This document shows, in pieces, positions 1 through 9,353 of a stretch of DNA of 22,811 nt. The DNA is from a virus. The stretch lies in the IMG/VR virus record IMGVR_UViG_3300031466_000110; one strand, written 5' to 3'. Position 1 is the stretch's first letter; every line of letters starts with the position of its first letter. The notes under the pieces are model-generated. The model worked only from the letters and a program-made list of their open reading frames with translations. It had not been told where the DNA came from and made no database searches. A program made the position numbers and the translations under genes.

Positions 1-3000
1 CTTATCTGGCGGGGTAATCATACCATTCAGTACCATGATGAAGATCATGATAAAGAGCAGGAACAACAAGACCATCTTAAGCGCCGGAACCACGATGACA
101 TTCAGAATATCCGAAGCCAACAGAAGGAGTCCAGTGATGAAAGAGGTCTTTTTGACCACCCGAACATACAAGTCCTCATCAGACAACATCGGCTCGCCCG
201 TTGAATTCATAAGGATCAACCGCATAAAGGCATCATAGTTGAAGTTCTTCAACTCAAAACCCTGTGGGTACTGAATGGAACTTTCTCCAAGAAAACGAAT
301 CTCCGAGAACTCCTTATTAAAATTGAAAGTTGCCGACATCGCCGCCGCTGTAAGCAAAACATCATCGTCAAAGTCATAGTAGTTAATGAGATACATCATA
401 TCACGGTAGGTCTCTTTCAACACGTTTTGAATCTTTTGCTCCACCAACGTAAGATCAGATTCCTTAAAATACTTCGCATGCATATCCGCAGGGGAGAAGA
501 TCATCGGTCTACCGCTAATTTCATAGTACGATGGATTGATAGTGTCGTCCAAATAATAAGACTTACCAGCGGCTCGATAACTACCATGCGAGAAAGAAGT
601 CGAATAAAGCTGATCAACCCAAGGACTATACAAGAACCAAACCTTCTCCAGATTTGTATTGTGTTGCATCAGACTTTCATACTCTTGATACTCCTTAAGC
701 TTCCGTTCATAATCTGGGTCACTCGGATCTGGCATGGTCGGAGCGATAACGTTTGACATATCCTTGTAGTCCTTACCATACTTATTCACATAACGATAGA
801 CATAATCGTTACCCTGTTGCAAGTACGGAATGACATACGTGAAAAGACCTTCCAAATCCAAGAAGTCACGAAGCTGATTATTATACAGCTCACCCGTTTC
901 ACCTTTAACCCGGAAGATATTTTCATTCAACAAGTCGTTACGGAAATTCGTCCCCAATTGTCGGTTTGCCAAAGCACTGTAGAAGTAGTAGAAAGGACTT
1001 TCCGTAATCAATGCGAAGGCTCGGTTACGACTGTTATTGATGCTTCCAGAAAAACCTACCCCCGTGTCAACGCTGGAGTTAAAAATAGCATTATTGATAT
1101 CCTGACTGCTGAGGAACCAATAGCGATAAATCTCTACCTTTTCCTTCTCCGCTTGAGAACCATTTGTGTTCCAAAGCGGATCACCTTTGTTAATCGGAGC
1201 CACGCGAGCTACCCGTTGCTCAATTTCTGGGGAAAAAGTAAAGTTCACCTTTCCCAAAATTTTAGCAAAACGTTCATCAGGCAAACCCGCAAAACCATTA
1301 ACTTTCGACTCCAGTTCCGCAAGTACCCCCGCCTTTGACACGTTCTCGTCACGCATATCCTTGACCATGTTCTTTGCTTCAAGCGCTATCGTATTATAAG
1401 AACGATAAACATAAGTTGCCAAAGGATCGTTATAAACAAACTGATCTTGCGTGAGGAACGATGCAAAAATCCAGCGAAAGATACTCAGGTTAGAAGTGAT
1501 GTTTTTAGTGACCGTTGAAGTTCCGTTTATTTTCTTAAAGTAGTCATAGCGTTTCGGTGCCATCCACTTCAGCGTAACGCTAGGTGTGCTACCGTAAGTG
1601 TTTGTCATTTGTTGAGCCGCAACTTCAATATTAAACTCAAGCGGGTCACCTGTCTCCGCCGCCTTACTCAAACCACGAACACTTTGCTCATGCTGAACAA
1701 TCGCCCAGTAATTAAAGCGATCCGAGAAAATACGGTCAGACACACTGTTCGTAAGGTTAATAACCCCCGAAAGCAAGAACTGCGGTAAAAAGAGTAGAAA
1801 TGCCATCACAATGAAGGTCAATACCCCCTCCCGCAGGGAGCGCACGTTGACCGCAACCATCAAAATACACAAGATGAACGTCACAACCAACACGCAGAGG
1901 TAGACCAACATATAATCCTTCAAAAGCCATGCCGTCAACGGCAAATCCGTTAAACTCGGCGTGTTAATGAACCCCACGACTGAACCGTAAGAGTTGCCGC
2001 CACCTGCCGATACCGAGAAGTCCTTTCCGACCCAAGAACCGACAATGCTATGATGCGTCGAAATGATCCAGCTATCTTGCGTCGCTTTAATGATATTGTT
2101 ACGATATTGACTTTCTCCATCGCTTAACAACGAGTACATTTTGCGAAGCAAGTCCCGAGCCAACACTTCGTCCGTCATCTTATCCGATGCCACCGCTCCA
2201 GCAGAAGTGAACGCATCGGAGAAACGGAAACCACTACCCCCGGAAACATTGATGTTAATAGTCGGAAGATACTGGTTAGAGAACAGTAACTCCTGCTCGA
2301 TATTATCCTTCCCCGCACCGAGCAGACCCACCATGTACCCCCAATAAATCCCCACGAAGTAGTTCACTTCATTATAGATGGCACTTTCGAGCTTAAACTT
2401 CGAGTCGCTACCTTGATAAGAAGGAACCTCAGAACCCGCATTTACCCCTCGCAACGCTCCACGAATTGAGTTCGGTACCCCGAAGACCTCGTAGATAAAG
2501 AAATGCGCGATAAGGTTCCGCAACTCTTGTGTGGGCGGGTAGTTCATCGCACCTTTCTCCAACTGTTGATAACGCGAATACAAATCCCCGGAGAAATACC
2601 ACTCGGAGCCAAGAGACGTAAAGTAATGGTGTGACGCAACCGAACTCGAAGGAACCGCTACCCACGAACCGTCTGTCACCAACTGTCCAAGCAAGCTGTC
2701 TTCCTTTGTAAAGGAAGCCGAAACCACCCTTTTCTTCCCCGTCCACGGAATATCGAACAGGAACTTAAAATTATCCTTCAACACAACTTTTTCCGCACCA
2801 AGAGGTGTCGGTAAAAGGGAAGAACCGATAAATTTCGTAGTCGTGCCCTGCGAAAGAAACTTCGCCAACGACTGCAAGAGAGACGAGTAAGAAACCTGTG
2901 AAGGCGTAGAGCGCGTAGTTTCCCAACTCTTAAAACGACTATCGAACGTCAAAGTATTAAAGAAATCCCTAATATCCTGCCTTACAAGAGGTGGATCAGG

Positions 3001-4614
3001 ACGATGTGCTCCAGAATTAAAGTAATCAGGATCTTCCTTCAAACTCGTGTACCGATCCTTGAAGTTTGAAGTCAGAAATCCATCTTGTGCTTCCTGCGTG
3101 TACCCGCCTTCAGTCCAAAAACGACTCAAAAGCGTCATTAAAGGAGAGCTGGCATGCGAACCATTATAAAAAGCGAAAGAATCCAAATACTCACCCGAAG
3201 ATTCATCGAAGATCGCCTTAGTGAACAAACGTTGCTTAGAGAACAAACTCATCTCATCACTGATCTCCAACTCCCCACTAAGGCTTTGATATGGGTTATT
3301 GAAGTAATACATCTCATCCGCCAACTCATTGAGACGGAACGCCAAACTTTCTGCGAAATACTGCGACAAAGACTGCCGAGCATTAGTCGTAAAACCAGAA
3401 AGATTCGACTCCTCAAACGCTTTAGTAGAGAAATAGGAGTTCTCCTTTACGTTATAATCGAGGAACACGACTGCGTTAGACTCAGACTTCAAGGCTCCAG
3501 TCTCAGAGTTAACAAAGTCCTTAATATCATCCAACGTAAGGCTAGAACCATACCCCTTAAAGAGCCTGTCCGAATTAGCGATATTCGGAGACACCGAATA
3601 TACCCCATAAAGGGAAACCGAGTTGCTCAAGCTGACCTGAGAGTCGAAAGCCACGTTATAGTACGGAATAAACTTATTTGGGTTATTTGAAAGATCGCCA
3701 GCATTAAAATGCATGATCGTACCCATAACAAACGTATTGGCAACCGGGAACTTCATCGAATTATTATCCAGACTTTTGTCCCCACCAAACGTCACCGGGT
3801 TCAATGCCGCCGGAAGTACAAGGACAAGTTTATTGTAATCATGCTCCCCTTCTGGTCTACCCCAGATATTCCCAAAACCGTCAAGATGGAGCGATTCCAT
3901 CTTGCGAAGACCCTTTTCCTTCGACATGACCATTTCTGATGACAAACCAAACAAGACTTTCAACGCCGCCCGCGTTGCCTTGTCATTGAGATTCATCACC
4001 TTTACCCCAACACCATTTTTGTTGAGGTACAAGTAAGGGTCATACGCCTCTACCGTATTCGAACCATCTACTTTTTCAGAGCTGTTCGCACCATCCGAAC
4101 GCATTTGCACACTGGCGATTTTCTTCAAGAGCAGTTCACCAGAAAGCTTCGTACCTTTATTTTTCGCTTCATCCGCCGTCGGATAAAGCGCAAAGGTACC
4201 GTTAACCGCTTCATCATAAATCGCCTGATGGATCAAACCGTTCAATTCCAAAAAGACCGAAGACTGTGCCAAGTCGTCCCCAAAAAAGCGTTTACTCAGC
4301 GTTTCTGAAAGTTCCTTAGCTTGTTGAGTGTCATTCTTCAAAGACTCCAGCGTCGTACTCCAAGGAATAAAGAAGTTCGACAAGAACACACCCCAGATAC
4401 GGGCTTCCGCTTGCTTCAACCCCTTCGGGTTGATATTGTTCTTATCCCGGAAATACCCGATCATGGAGGTCGCCATTTGATTCGCACTATTACCCCCTGG
4501 TACTTCAGCCGCCGTTACCTTACTAATTGGAACAATAAGCGAAAAAAGCAAAGGTAACGTAAGAGAAAACAAGAGAAATAGTGACACGAATTTCTTATGT
4601 CTTAAAAATATCAT
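1..4614 (-). CDS. Giant (>=1538 aa, 3' end beyond the window) secreted/multi-pass membrane protein of unknown function; VirB6/TraG-like topology only
   Basis: ATG at 4614-4612 overlaps the TGA of the upstream gene (ATGA). Manual translation reads MIFLRHKKFVSLFLLFSLTLPLLFSLIVPISKVTA/AEVPGGNS... with no stop through ...GMITPPDK at position 1. It is absent from the ORF track, which fits a frame with no stop in the window. It has a signal peptide, a TM pair at ~1760-1920 (YMLVYLCVLVVTFILCILMVAV; GVLTFIVMAFLLFLPQFLL) and further hydrophobic helices at ~20-140. Confidence 0.9.
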   Translation of the reverse strand, partial: MIFLRHKKFVSLFLLFSLTLPLLFSLIVPISKVTAAEVPGGNSANQMATSMIGYFRDKNNINPKGLKQAEARIWGVFLSNFFIPWSTTLESLKNDTQQAKELSETLSKRFFGDDLAQSSVFLELNGLIHQAIYDEAVNGTFALYPTADEAKNKGTKLSGELLLKKIASVQMRSDGANSSEKVDGSNTVEAYDPYLYLNKNGVGVKVMNLNDKATRAALKVLFGLSSEMVMSKEKGLRKMESLHLDGFGNIWGRPEGEHDYNKLVLVLPAALNPVTFGGDKSLDNNSMKFPVANTFVMGTIMHFNAGDLSNNPNKFIPYYNVAFDSQVSLSNSVSLYGVYSVSPNIANSDRLFKGYGSSLTLDDIKDFVNSETGALKSESNAVVFLDYNVKENSYFSTKAFEESNLSGFTTNARQSLSQYFAESLAFRLNELADEMYYFNNPYQSLSGELEISDEMSLFSKQRLFTKAIFDESSGEYLDSFAFYNGSHASSPLMTLLSRFWTEGGYTQEAQDGFLTSNFKDRYTSLKEDPDYFNSGAHRPDPPLVRQDIRDFFNTLTFDSRFKSWETTRSTPSQVSYSSLLQSLAKFLSQGTTTKFIGSSLLPTPLGAEKVVLKDNFKFLFDIPWTGKKRVVSASFTKEDSLLGQLVTDGSWVAVPSSSVASHHYFTSLGSEWYFSGDLYSRYQQLEKGAMNYPPTQELRNLIAHFFIYEVFGVPNSIRGALRGVNAGSEVPSYQGSDSKFKLESAIYNEVNYFVGIYWGYMVGLLGAGKDNIEQELLFSNQYLPTININVSGGSGFRFSDAFTSAGAVASDKMTDEVLARDLLRKMYSLLSDGESQYRNNIIKATQDSWIISTHHSIVGSWVGKDFSVSAGGGNSYGSVVGFINTPSLTDLPLTAWLLKDYMLVYLCVLVVTFILCILMVAVNVRSLREGVLTFIVMAFLLFLPQFLLSGVINLTNSVSDRIFSDRFNYWAIVQHEQSVRGLSKAAETGDPLEFNIEVAAQQMTNTYGSTPSVTLKWMAPKRYDYFKKINGTSTVTKNITSNLSIFRWIFASFLTQDQFVYNDPLATYVYRSYNTIALEAKNMVKDMRDENVSKAGVLAELESKVNGFAGLPDERFAKILGKVNFTFSPEIEQRVARVAPINKGDPLWNTNGSQAEKEKVEIYRYWFLSSQDINNAIFNSSVDTGVGFSGSINNSRNRAFALITESPFYYFYSALANRQLGTNFRNDLLNENIFRVKGETGELYNNQLRDFLDLEGLFTYVIPYLQQGNDYVYRYVNKYGKDYKDMSNVIAPTMPDPSDPDYERKLKEYQEYESLMQHNTNLEKVWFLYSPWVDQLYSTSFSHGSYRAAGKSYYLDDTINPSYYEISGRPMIFSPADMHAKYFKESDLTLVEQKIQNVLKETYRDMMYLINYYDFDDDVLLTAAAMSATFNFNKEFSEIRFLGESSIQYPQGFELKNFNYDAFMRLILMNSTGEPMLSDEDLYVRVVKKTSFITGLLLLASDILNVIVVPALKMVLLFLLFIMIFIMVLNGMITPPDK

Positions 4615-6809
4615 ACAAACCCCACCCACTCCATGAAGGTATAGTAAATGTCCACAAAGAGACTGATTAACCAAGGCGCATTTGCACAGAGAACAGAAAG
4701 CGCGTAAAGCGACAAACTTATGACCACCATTCGACCGAAGGTTGCATAAGTTACACCACCTTCAGACGGATACTCGGAGTGGAAACGGAATGGACGAATT
4801 TCACCCGGAGAAACATTCAGTCTCCCGAAAGTCAAGAAACCAAGCAACTGGAAATCCCCAAAAAAGTTCGCTCGGTCAATCCAGTACACCATCAAAATCA
4901 AAGATGCATAGAAAGAAAGCAGAATACCAAAACTCAAAAGGATCACATAAATGACCCTCCCTAAGAAAGAGGTTTCTGTTTCCTCCAGCTCCACTCTAAT
5001 TTCCTGCAAACGATTCCACTCTGCGTAAGAGAGCGGAATTTCCTCAACTTCAAACAACCCCTTGATATGACTCAACAACTCTTCTGCGTATACCCCTGAC
5101 ATAGACTTGGCATGATCACTCCGCAACCAAGACATCAAATCCTGATTTTCAACATAGTAATTGTTATAAAACAGAACAAAACCACCATACCCCGTCTCGT
5201 CAGCATAGAACCCCGCACTGATCTCGAAAGACGGTGGACGCAAATCCTTAAAATCCGTATGGTTACTAGGGTCAGTGTGATCCGACTTGCCCGGAAGGAA
5301 AGCATAGTGCAACAAACGAGCGTCAGAATAACCCGTAATCGAATACACCGCAAAAATATCTTGGTTAGTTCCAATCAAGGTAGCCTTCGTCGCATAGTCA
5401 TTCCGAAAATGCAACTCACGCCCCGTAAAGTAAACCTTCCCCGTAGAAGGAATGTCCATACCCCCATCAATAATGGGAACCGTGTTACCTTCGGAATTCG
5501 TGGCTACCCCCGACGAGACATTCGGAACGAAAACCGCCTCCTTATACCGAAGCGGAACAACCGCACCAATAAACTTGGAGGTTCCTTCCGAAGGCTTTCC
5601 GTCATCATCAACTTCCAATTTCGTGATAACCAAACTATCCAAAACGATATTATACTTCGCATAGTCTCCGGCACTTTTGAAGTTCCCATTCTCATCTTCC
5701 GTATAAACCTCATTAGTAGTTACGCGAAGTCTCACCCCGTCAAAGAGTTTATACCCCGTCGTATCCTTCAAGAAGTAGGTTCCACGATTCGCCGCAAACT
5801 CAGAGAACTTAAACGGCACTGCCAACCGCAACGTAGTATCCACTGCATGGAGCGGAGAAACCTTAGTCTTACTGCGCTGAGACGTCACTTCTTTAATCCC
5901 ACCGCTATTCGTCCCCAGAACCGTACTTTGAATCTCCGACAGCGACTCACGACCCTCAGAACTGATAATAAAATCCCGATAATTTTCATTGACCGCAAAA
6001 GTAACGCGTTCTTTATTAGTCGTCGGCGTTGGAAGCCCTGTAGTCGTCTCCCAACTTGTTACCCCTTGCACTTCCGAGAACTTCATACGCCCCCGGAAGG
6101 GATGCATGAGGTAGTCCAACGAATAACTGATACTGGAATTCGCCTTAAGCTTCCCCTCCGACCCATCCGAAGGAAACTCAATCAAGTCCTTCAGATAAAC
6201 CTGACGAGAAGAAGGATAGAAAGTATAAACGTTAAACGCATGCGCCATCGACCCTACCGCAACAGACTGCTTCACCACGTCCGCATAGCGCTTAAACAAC
6301 TCTTGCGCCCTGGCGATTTCCTTTTGGTTTACATATTCATAATGTCCGCCACTGGCGACAAGTACCCCGTCCACTTTTTTATAATCTGCTACATAAATTT
6401 TCCCTTGAGGTACATAGACCTTCAAGAAGTCCGACCCATTACGCAAGTAGACGTAATGACCTTCAGTTGACTCCTTAAAACCACCAACATCTGAAGAAGT
6501 GATGGTGCTCCAAAGAGAACCCGCATAACCCCCAGAGAGATACTCGTAATCCAGACCCCCAACGACCGTAATCCCATTATGCAGAGTCCCTGTATCCAAT
6601 CCTTTTACCGAGTCAATAATGTTTTTCTGTAAATTCATAAGAAAAGAATCAAAGTCGACAGAAGACCCCGAAGCACCATACAGCACCAAATTTCCGTTAG
6701 CATCCACCGTGTAAATCGTATCGGCGTGAACATCCTTCACAAAGAAGAATGGGAGTGCCAACAAGAGCAACATAAAAGAAACACAGAGCTTTCGAGTTTG
6801 TATCAGCAT
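4611..6809 (-). CDS. 732-aa secreted protein with large extracellular domain and C-terminal membrane hairpin; unknown function
   Basis: GGAGGGGAG RBS; signal peptide ending VHA/D; long beta-rich, Gly/Ser/Thr/Tyr-rich domain; two C-terminal hydrophobic helices (VIYVILLSFGILLSFYASLILMVYW; MVVISLSLYALSVLCANAPWLISLF). Confidence 0.9.
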   Translation of the reverse strand: MLIQTRKLCVSFMLLLLALPFFFVKDVHADTIYTVDANGNLVLYGASGSSVDFDSFLMNLQKNIIDSVKGLDTGTLHNGITVVGGLDYEYLSGGYAGSLWSTITSSDVGGFKESTEGHYVYLRNGSDFLKVYVPQGKIYVADYKKVDGVLVASGGHYEYVNQKEIARAQELFKRYADVVKQSVAVGSMAHAFNVYTFYPSSRQVYLKDLIEFPSDGSEGKLKANSSISYSLDYLMHPFRGRMKFSEVQGVTSWETTTGLPTPTTNKERVTFAVNENYRDFIISSEGRESLSEIQSTVLGTNSGGIKEVTSQRSKTKVSPLHAVDTTLRLAVPFKFSEFAANRGTYFLKDTTGYKLFDGVRLRVTTNEVYTEDENGNFKSAGDYAKYNIVLDSLVITKLEVDDDGKPSEGTSKFIGAVVPLRYKEAVFVPNVSSGVATNSEGNTVPIIDGGMDIPSTGKVYFTGRELHFRNDYATKATLIGTNQDIFAVYSITGYSDARLLHYAFLPGKSDHTDPSNHTDFKDLRPPSFEISAGFYADETGYGGFVLFYNNYYVENQDLMSWLRSDHAKSMSGVYAEELLSHIKGLFEVEEIPLSYAEWNRLQEIRVELEETETSFLGRVIYVILLSFGILLSFYASLILMVYWIDRANFFGDFQLLGFLTFGRLNVSPGEIRPFRFHSEYPSEGGVTYATFGRMVVISLSLYALSVLCANAPWLISLFVDIYYTFMEWVGFV

Positions 6810-6833
6810 ACATTACTCCCCTCCATACCCCAA

Positions 6834-6863
6834 ATTATGTCAAAGTCCATAGAGTTCAAACAA
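6834..6863 (-). promoter_or_regulatory. Possible SigA-type promoter for the 732-aa and giant-protein genes
   Basis: Minus strand TTGTTT-N18-CATAAT with extended TGn, just after the 6879-6900 terminator and upstream of the RBS. Confidence 0.35.
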
Positions 6864-6871
6864 CCTCATAT

Positions 6872-6900
6872 AAATAGAAAAGGACGCTTTCGCGTCCTTT
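6872..6900 (-). terminator. Intrinsic terminator
   Basis: AAAGGACGC-GAAA-GCGTCCTTT followed by TCTATTT on the minus strand, 12 nt after the stop at 6913. Confidence 0.8.
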
Positions 6901-6912
6901 GAAGTACAGGAA

Positions 6913-7851
6913 TTACAGAGTGAAGCCGCTGAACAAACTCATGAAGCCCGAGAACAGTGCGCCGAGTCCACCGAAGACCAAGTACACCAAGCAGACCCCA
7001 ACTGCGATAATCGTAAGCGCCCGACGCTTGAAGTACATGATAACCGGGTTCTTATAACCCCCATCACCTGTTCCTGACTCCGTTTCATTGACGACCGATA
7101 CCGCGTCATAAGAAACAAACGGAATTTTGCCGCCCCGTTCATCACCCTTGCTTTGCATCTTATCGCGGAAAAACGGAATACCGATGAAGAACAAGTCCAT
7201 CGCCGTAAAGAAACCAAGCGAGAATACAACACCGATAGCGATAATACCCAAAATCACTCGCAAGAGCGGAAGGAACGGAGAAACCACGCGCATCGCACCA
7301 TAAACGTCAGCCGAGCTTGCATCCATCAGCATCGGAATGATCAAACGAGAAATTTCCGGGCTGGCATTATTCATGTCGTCGAACAGCTTTTGCTGAGTTT
7401 GCTTCGATACATCCGAGTTCTGCAGGTTTTTGATGAACTCGGCAGTGATATTCCGCTGATCCTCATCCCGCAAAGTTTTGAAGTTCTCCGGATGGAACTG
7501 GATCTTGTTAATGTTATAAGAAGGCTTAGTCGTACCCGGAGCGGTCGAAGCAGTACCCACTGCCGTAATAACAACTACCTCTTCACCCTTATGAATCGAA
7601 CTGTTTTTGGACTTCCCTTTAATGACGTACCCCGTCCCCGCTGATGTGGTATCCTTTTGTGCGATACCTTTTTCCTCCAGAACAGCGAAGTACCAACCCA
7701 TCGCCGTCTGATCAGTCGCCGGAATTGAGGTTTCCTTGGGCTTCTCATCGGCAAAAGCCAGCGTCGGAAGCAAAGACAACGCCAGTACCATCGCCAAAAG
7801 AAGCGACAAGACCCACCGACCGTACCCCTTTCGATAAATAGCTTGCTCCAT
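6913..7851 (-). CDS. 312-aa signal-peptide plus membrane-hairpin protein (pilin-like paralogue A)
   Basis: GGGAGGGAG RBS; signal peptide ending AFA/D; C-terminal TM-AMDLFFIGIPFFR...VSYDAVSVVNE...YFKRR-TM, the same motif order as 9354..10250. Confidence 0.9.
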   Translation of the reverse strand: MEQAIYRKGYGRWVLSLLLAMVLALSLLPTLAFADEKPKETSIPATDQTAMGWYFAVLEEKGIAQKDTTSAGTGYVIKGKSKNSSIHKGEEVVVITAVGTASTAPGTTKPSYNINKIQFHPENFKTLRDEDQRNITAEFIKNLQNSDVSKQTQQKLFDDMNNASPEISRLIIPMLMDASSADVYGAMRVVSPFLPLLRVILGIIAIGVVFSLGFFTAMDLFFIGIPFFRDKMQSKGDERGGKIPFVSYDAVSVVNETESGTGDGGYKNPVIMYFKRRALTIIAVGVCLVYLVFGGLGALFSGFMSLFSGFTL

Positions 7852-7895
7852 TGGTTCTCCCTCCCAGAAGTTTCCGACTTTTTCTTACAGTCAAA

Positions 7896-8546
7896 CTAAA
7901 AACCAAATCTACTGGTGACCCAACTTACAATTAAGTCCCATAAACTGAACAAAGTATGATCAAAGAAACTTAAAAGTAGGTTGATCGCCGCCAGTGCGCT
8001 GATAATGTTACACAAGTAGAACATGAATGTTTCCCAAGGTCCGCCTGTTGCAAAGAAGCTAGTCTTAGGTACAAGTCGAATCTTAAAACCGGGGTACAAA
8101 TGAATTCCCTTCGGATTCAACGCATCAAGTGCCAAGTGACTCGCAAGACCAAGCTCAAAACCCACTAATAACATTCGTATAATCAAACCTTCTATACTAT
8201 TGAACGCCGCAAAACCAAAGACCTGCTCCCAGTATAAGATCAAGGTATGCAGAAGAAAGATAAAACCCCCAGTGACCAACAAGGAGTGCGTTTGCCAACT
8301 TCGATGTTTCGGGCGGGTTAAATGCAACAGGAAATGCACAATTTTATTAACGGGCGTTTTCGCCCCAACACTCTCCCAGTGATGATCCAAATCGGGTAAA
8401 GTAGATGCCCATTGAGAGACAGGGTACATAATCGACAACTGGAGAAGTGGATGAATTTCCGGGGTCAACATCCCCTTCATTCGCATATATTCAAAACCAA
8501 CCATCATAAAGGCAACTCCGCCCGCACGATGTGTTTTACCTAACAA
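7896..8546 (-). CDS. YdjM-like (LexA-binding, inner-membrane-associated) putative metal-dependent hydrolase
   Basis: TTG start after AAGGGGGT; family motifs THRAGG, LPDLDH, HRSWQTHSL and SHLALDALNPKG; several TM helices. Confidence 0.85.
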   Translation of the reverse strand: MLGKTHRAGGVAFMMVGFEYMRMKGMLTPEIHPLLQLSIMYPVSQWASTLPDLDHHWESVGAKTPVNKIVHFLLHLTRPKHRSWQTHSLLVTGGFIFLLHTLILYWEQVFGFAAFNSIEGLIIRMLLVGFELGLASHLALDALNPKGIHLYPGFKIRLVPKTSFFATGGPWETFMFYLCNIISALAAINLLLSFFDHTLFSLWDLIVSWVTSRFGF

Positions 8547-8602
8547 ATAAACACCCCCTTCAAGCCAGCATCTTAGTGTACCCCGTATGCATTATAACTA
8601 AC

Positions 8603-9037
8603 CTACAAATCTTCGTCAATTTCCACCTCTGCGAGACTATCGCTGTCGACAGAAGAAGTGCCCCCTGAATTTCCCGAGTTGCCAGCATCCGAACCTTCCA
8701 CAACCAAGTCCAGATCATCGTCCTCTTCATCATCCGGGGCAACCATACGCGACATGTCGAATGTCCGCAAATGCGCGGGAGCCGGAATAACCTTCAAACG
8801 CTCCCGCAACGCCGAAGAAACCCGACCTCGAGGATAAATCATCCCGGTAATAGAGTCCCGATAAGGTGTGATAGTCGTAAGACCATCAATAACCACCCGT
8901 TCGCCCGCCTCCAAGTCCTGTCGAAGCATCCGATTGTCTGCTTTCAAAATTTCCTCAACCAATGTGTACGACACCCGCAACTGTTTAGCGATGCGACGAG
9001 CGCGGTTACTAATGTTGCGCTTCATATGCAGACCCAT
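8603..9037 (-). CDS. HU/IHF-like DNA-binding protein with shortened arm and acidic C-terminal tail
   Basis: RARRIAKQLRVSYTLVEEILK...LEAGERVVIDGLTTITP...VSSALRERLK follows the HU helix-helix/G-x-x-V-x-I-x-G pattern; GTGAGGTG RBS; D/E-rich tail. Confidence 0.7.
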   Translation of the reverse strand: MGLHMKRNISNRARRIAKQLRVSYTLVEEILKADNRMLRQDLEAGERVVIDGLTTITPYRDSITGMIYPRGRVSSALRERLKVIPAPAHLRTFDMSRMVAPDDEEDDDLDLVVEGSDAGNSGNSGGTSSVDSDSLAEVEIDEDL

Positions 9038-9053
9038 GACTACACCTCACTTA

Positions 9054-9338
9054 CTAAATAGCGACTTCACGTTCCGCGAAGACGTACTTATTCGCATCCA
9101 CTTGCGTGACCACCAACCAGCTAAAGGCTTCATCCGCGATCACGTTCGTGAATTCAGTCAAAACTTTTGGCGAAACTTCCAACATAATGCGATCATAGGA
9201 GGAAAGGTACTGGTTAAGGAGTTGCTGTAGTTCCAATTTCAAGCGGTACTCCACCAACTTATTACCCTTGGCTTTTTCCGCAAGTTTGGCTTCCTTGCGA
9301 CTCCTCCAATACTTAACCGTATTCAAGTTCTTAAACAT
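9054..9338 (-). CDS. 94-aa hypothetical cytoplasmic protein
   Basis: GAGGGGT RBS; tight 15-16 nt spacing to both neighbours; normal globular composition. Confidence 0.85.
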   Translation of the reverse strand: MFKNLNTVKYWRSRKEAKLAEKAKGNKLVEYRLKLELQQLLNQYLSSYDRIMLEVSPKVLTEFTNVIADEAFSWLVVTQVDANKYVFAEREVAI

Positions 9339-9353
9339 AACCAGTACCCCTCA

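Noticed and set aside
35-4557. Short ORFs listed in the first 4.6 kb, including 2429..2746 (-)
   Set aside because: All lie within the giant minus-strand frame 4614->1, as antisense or off-frame by-products.
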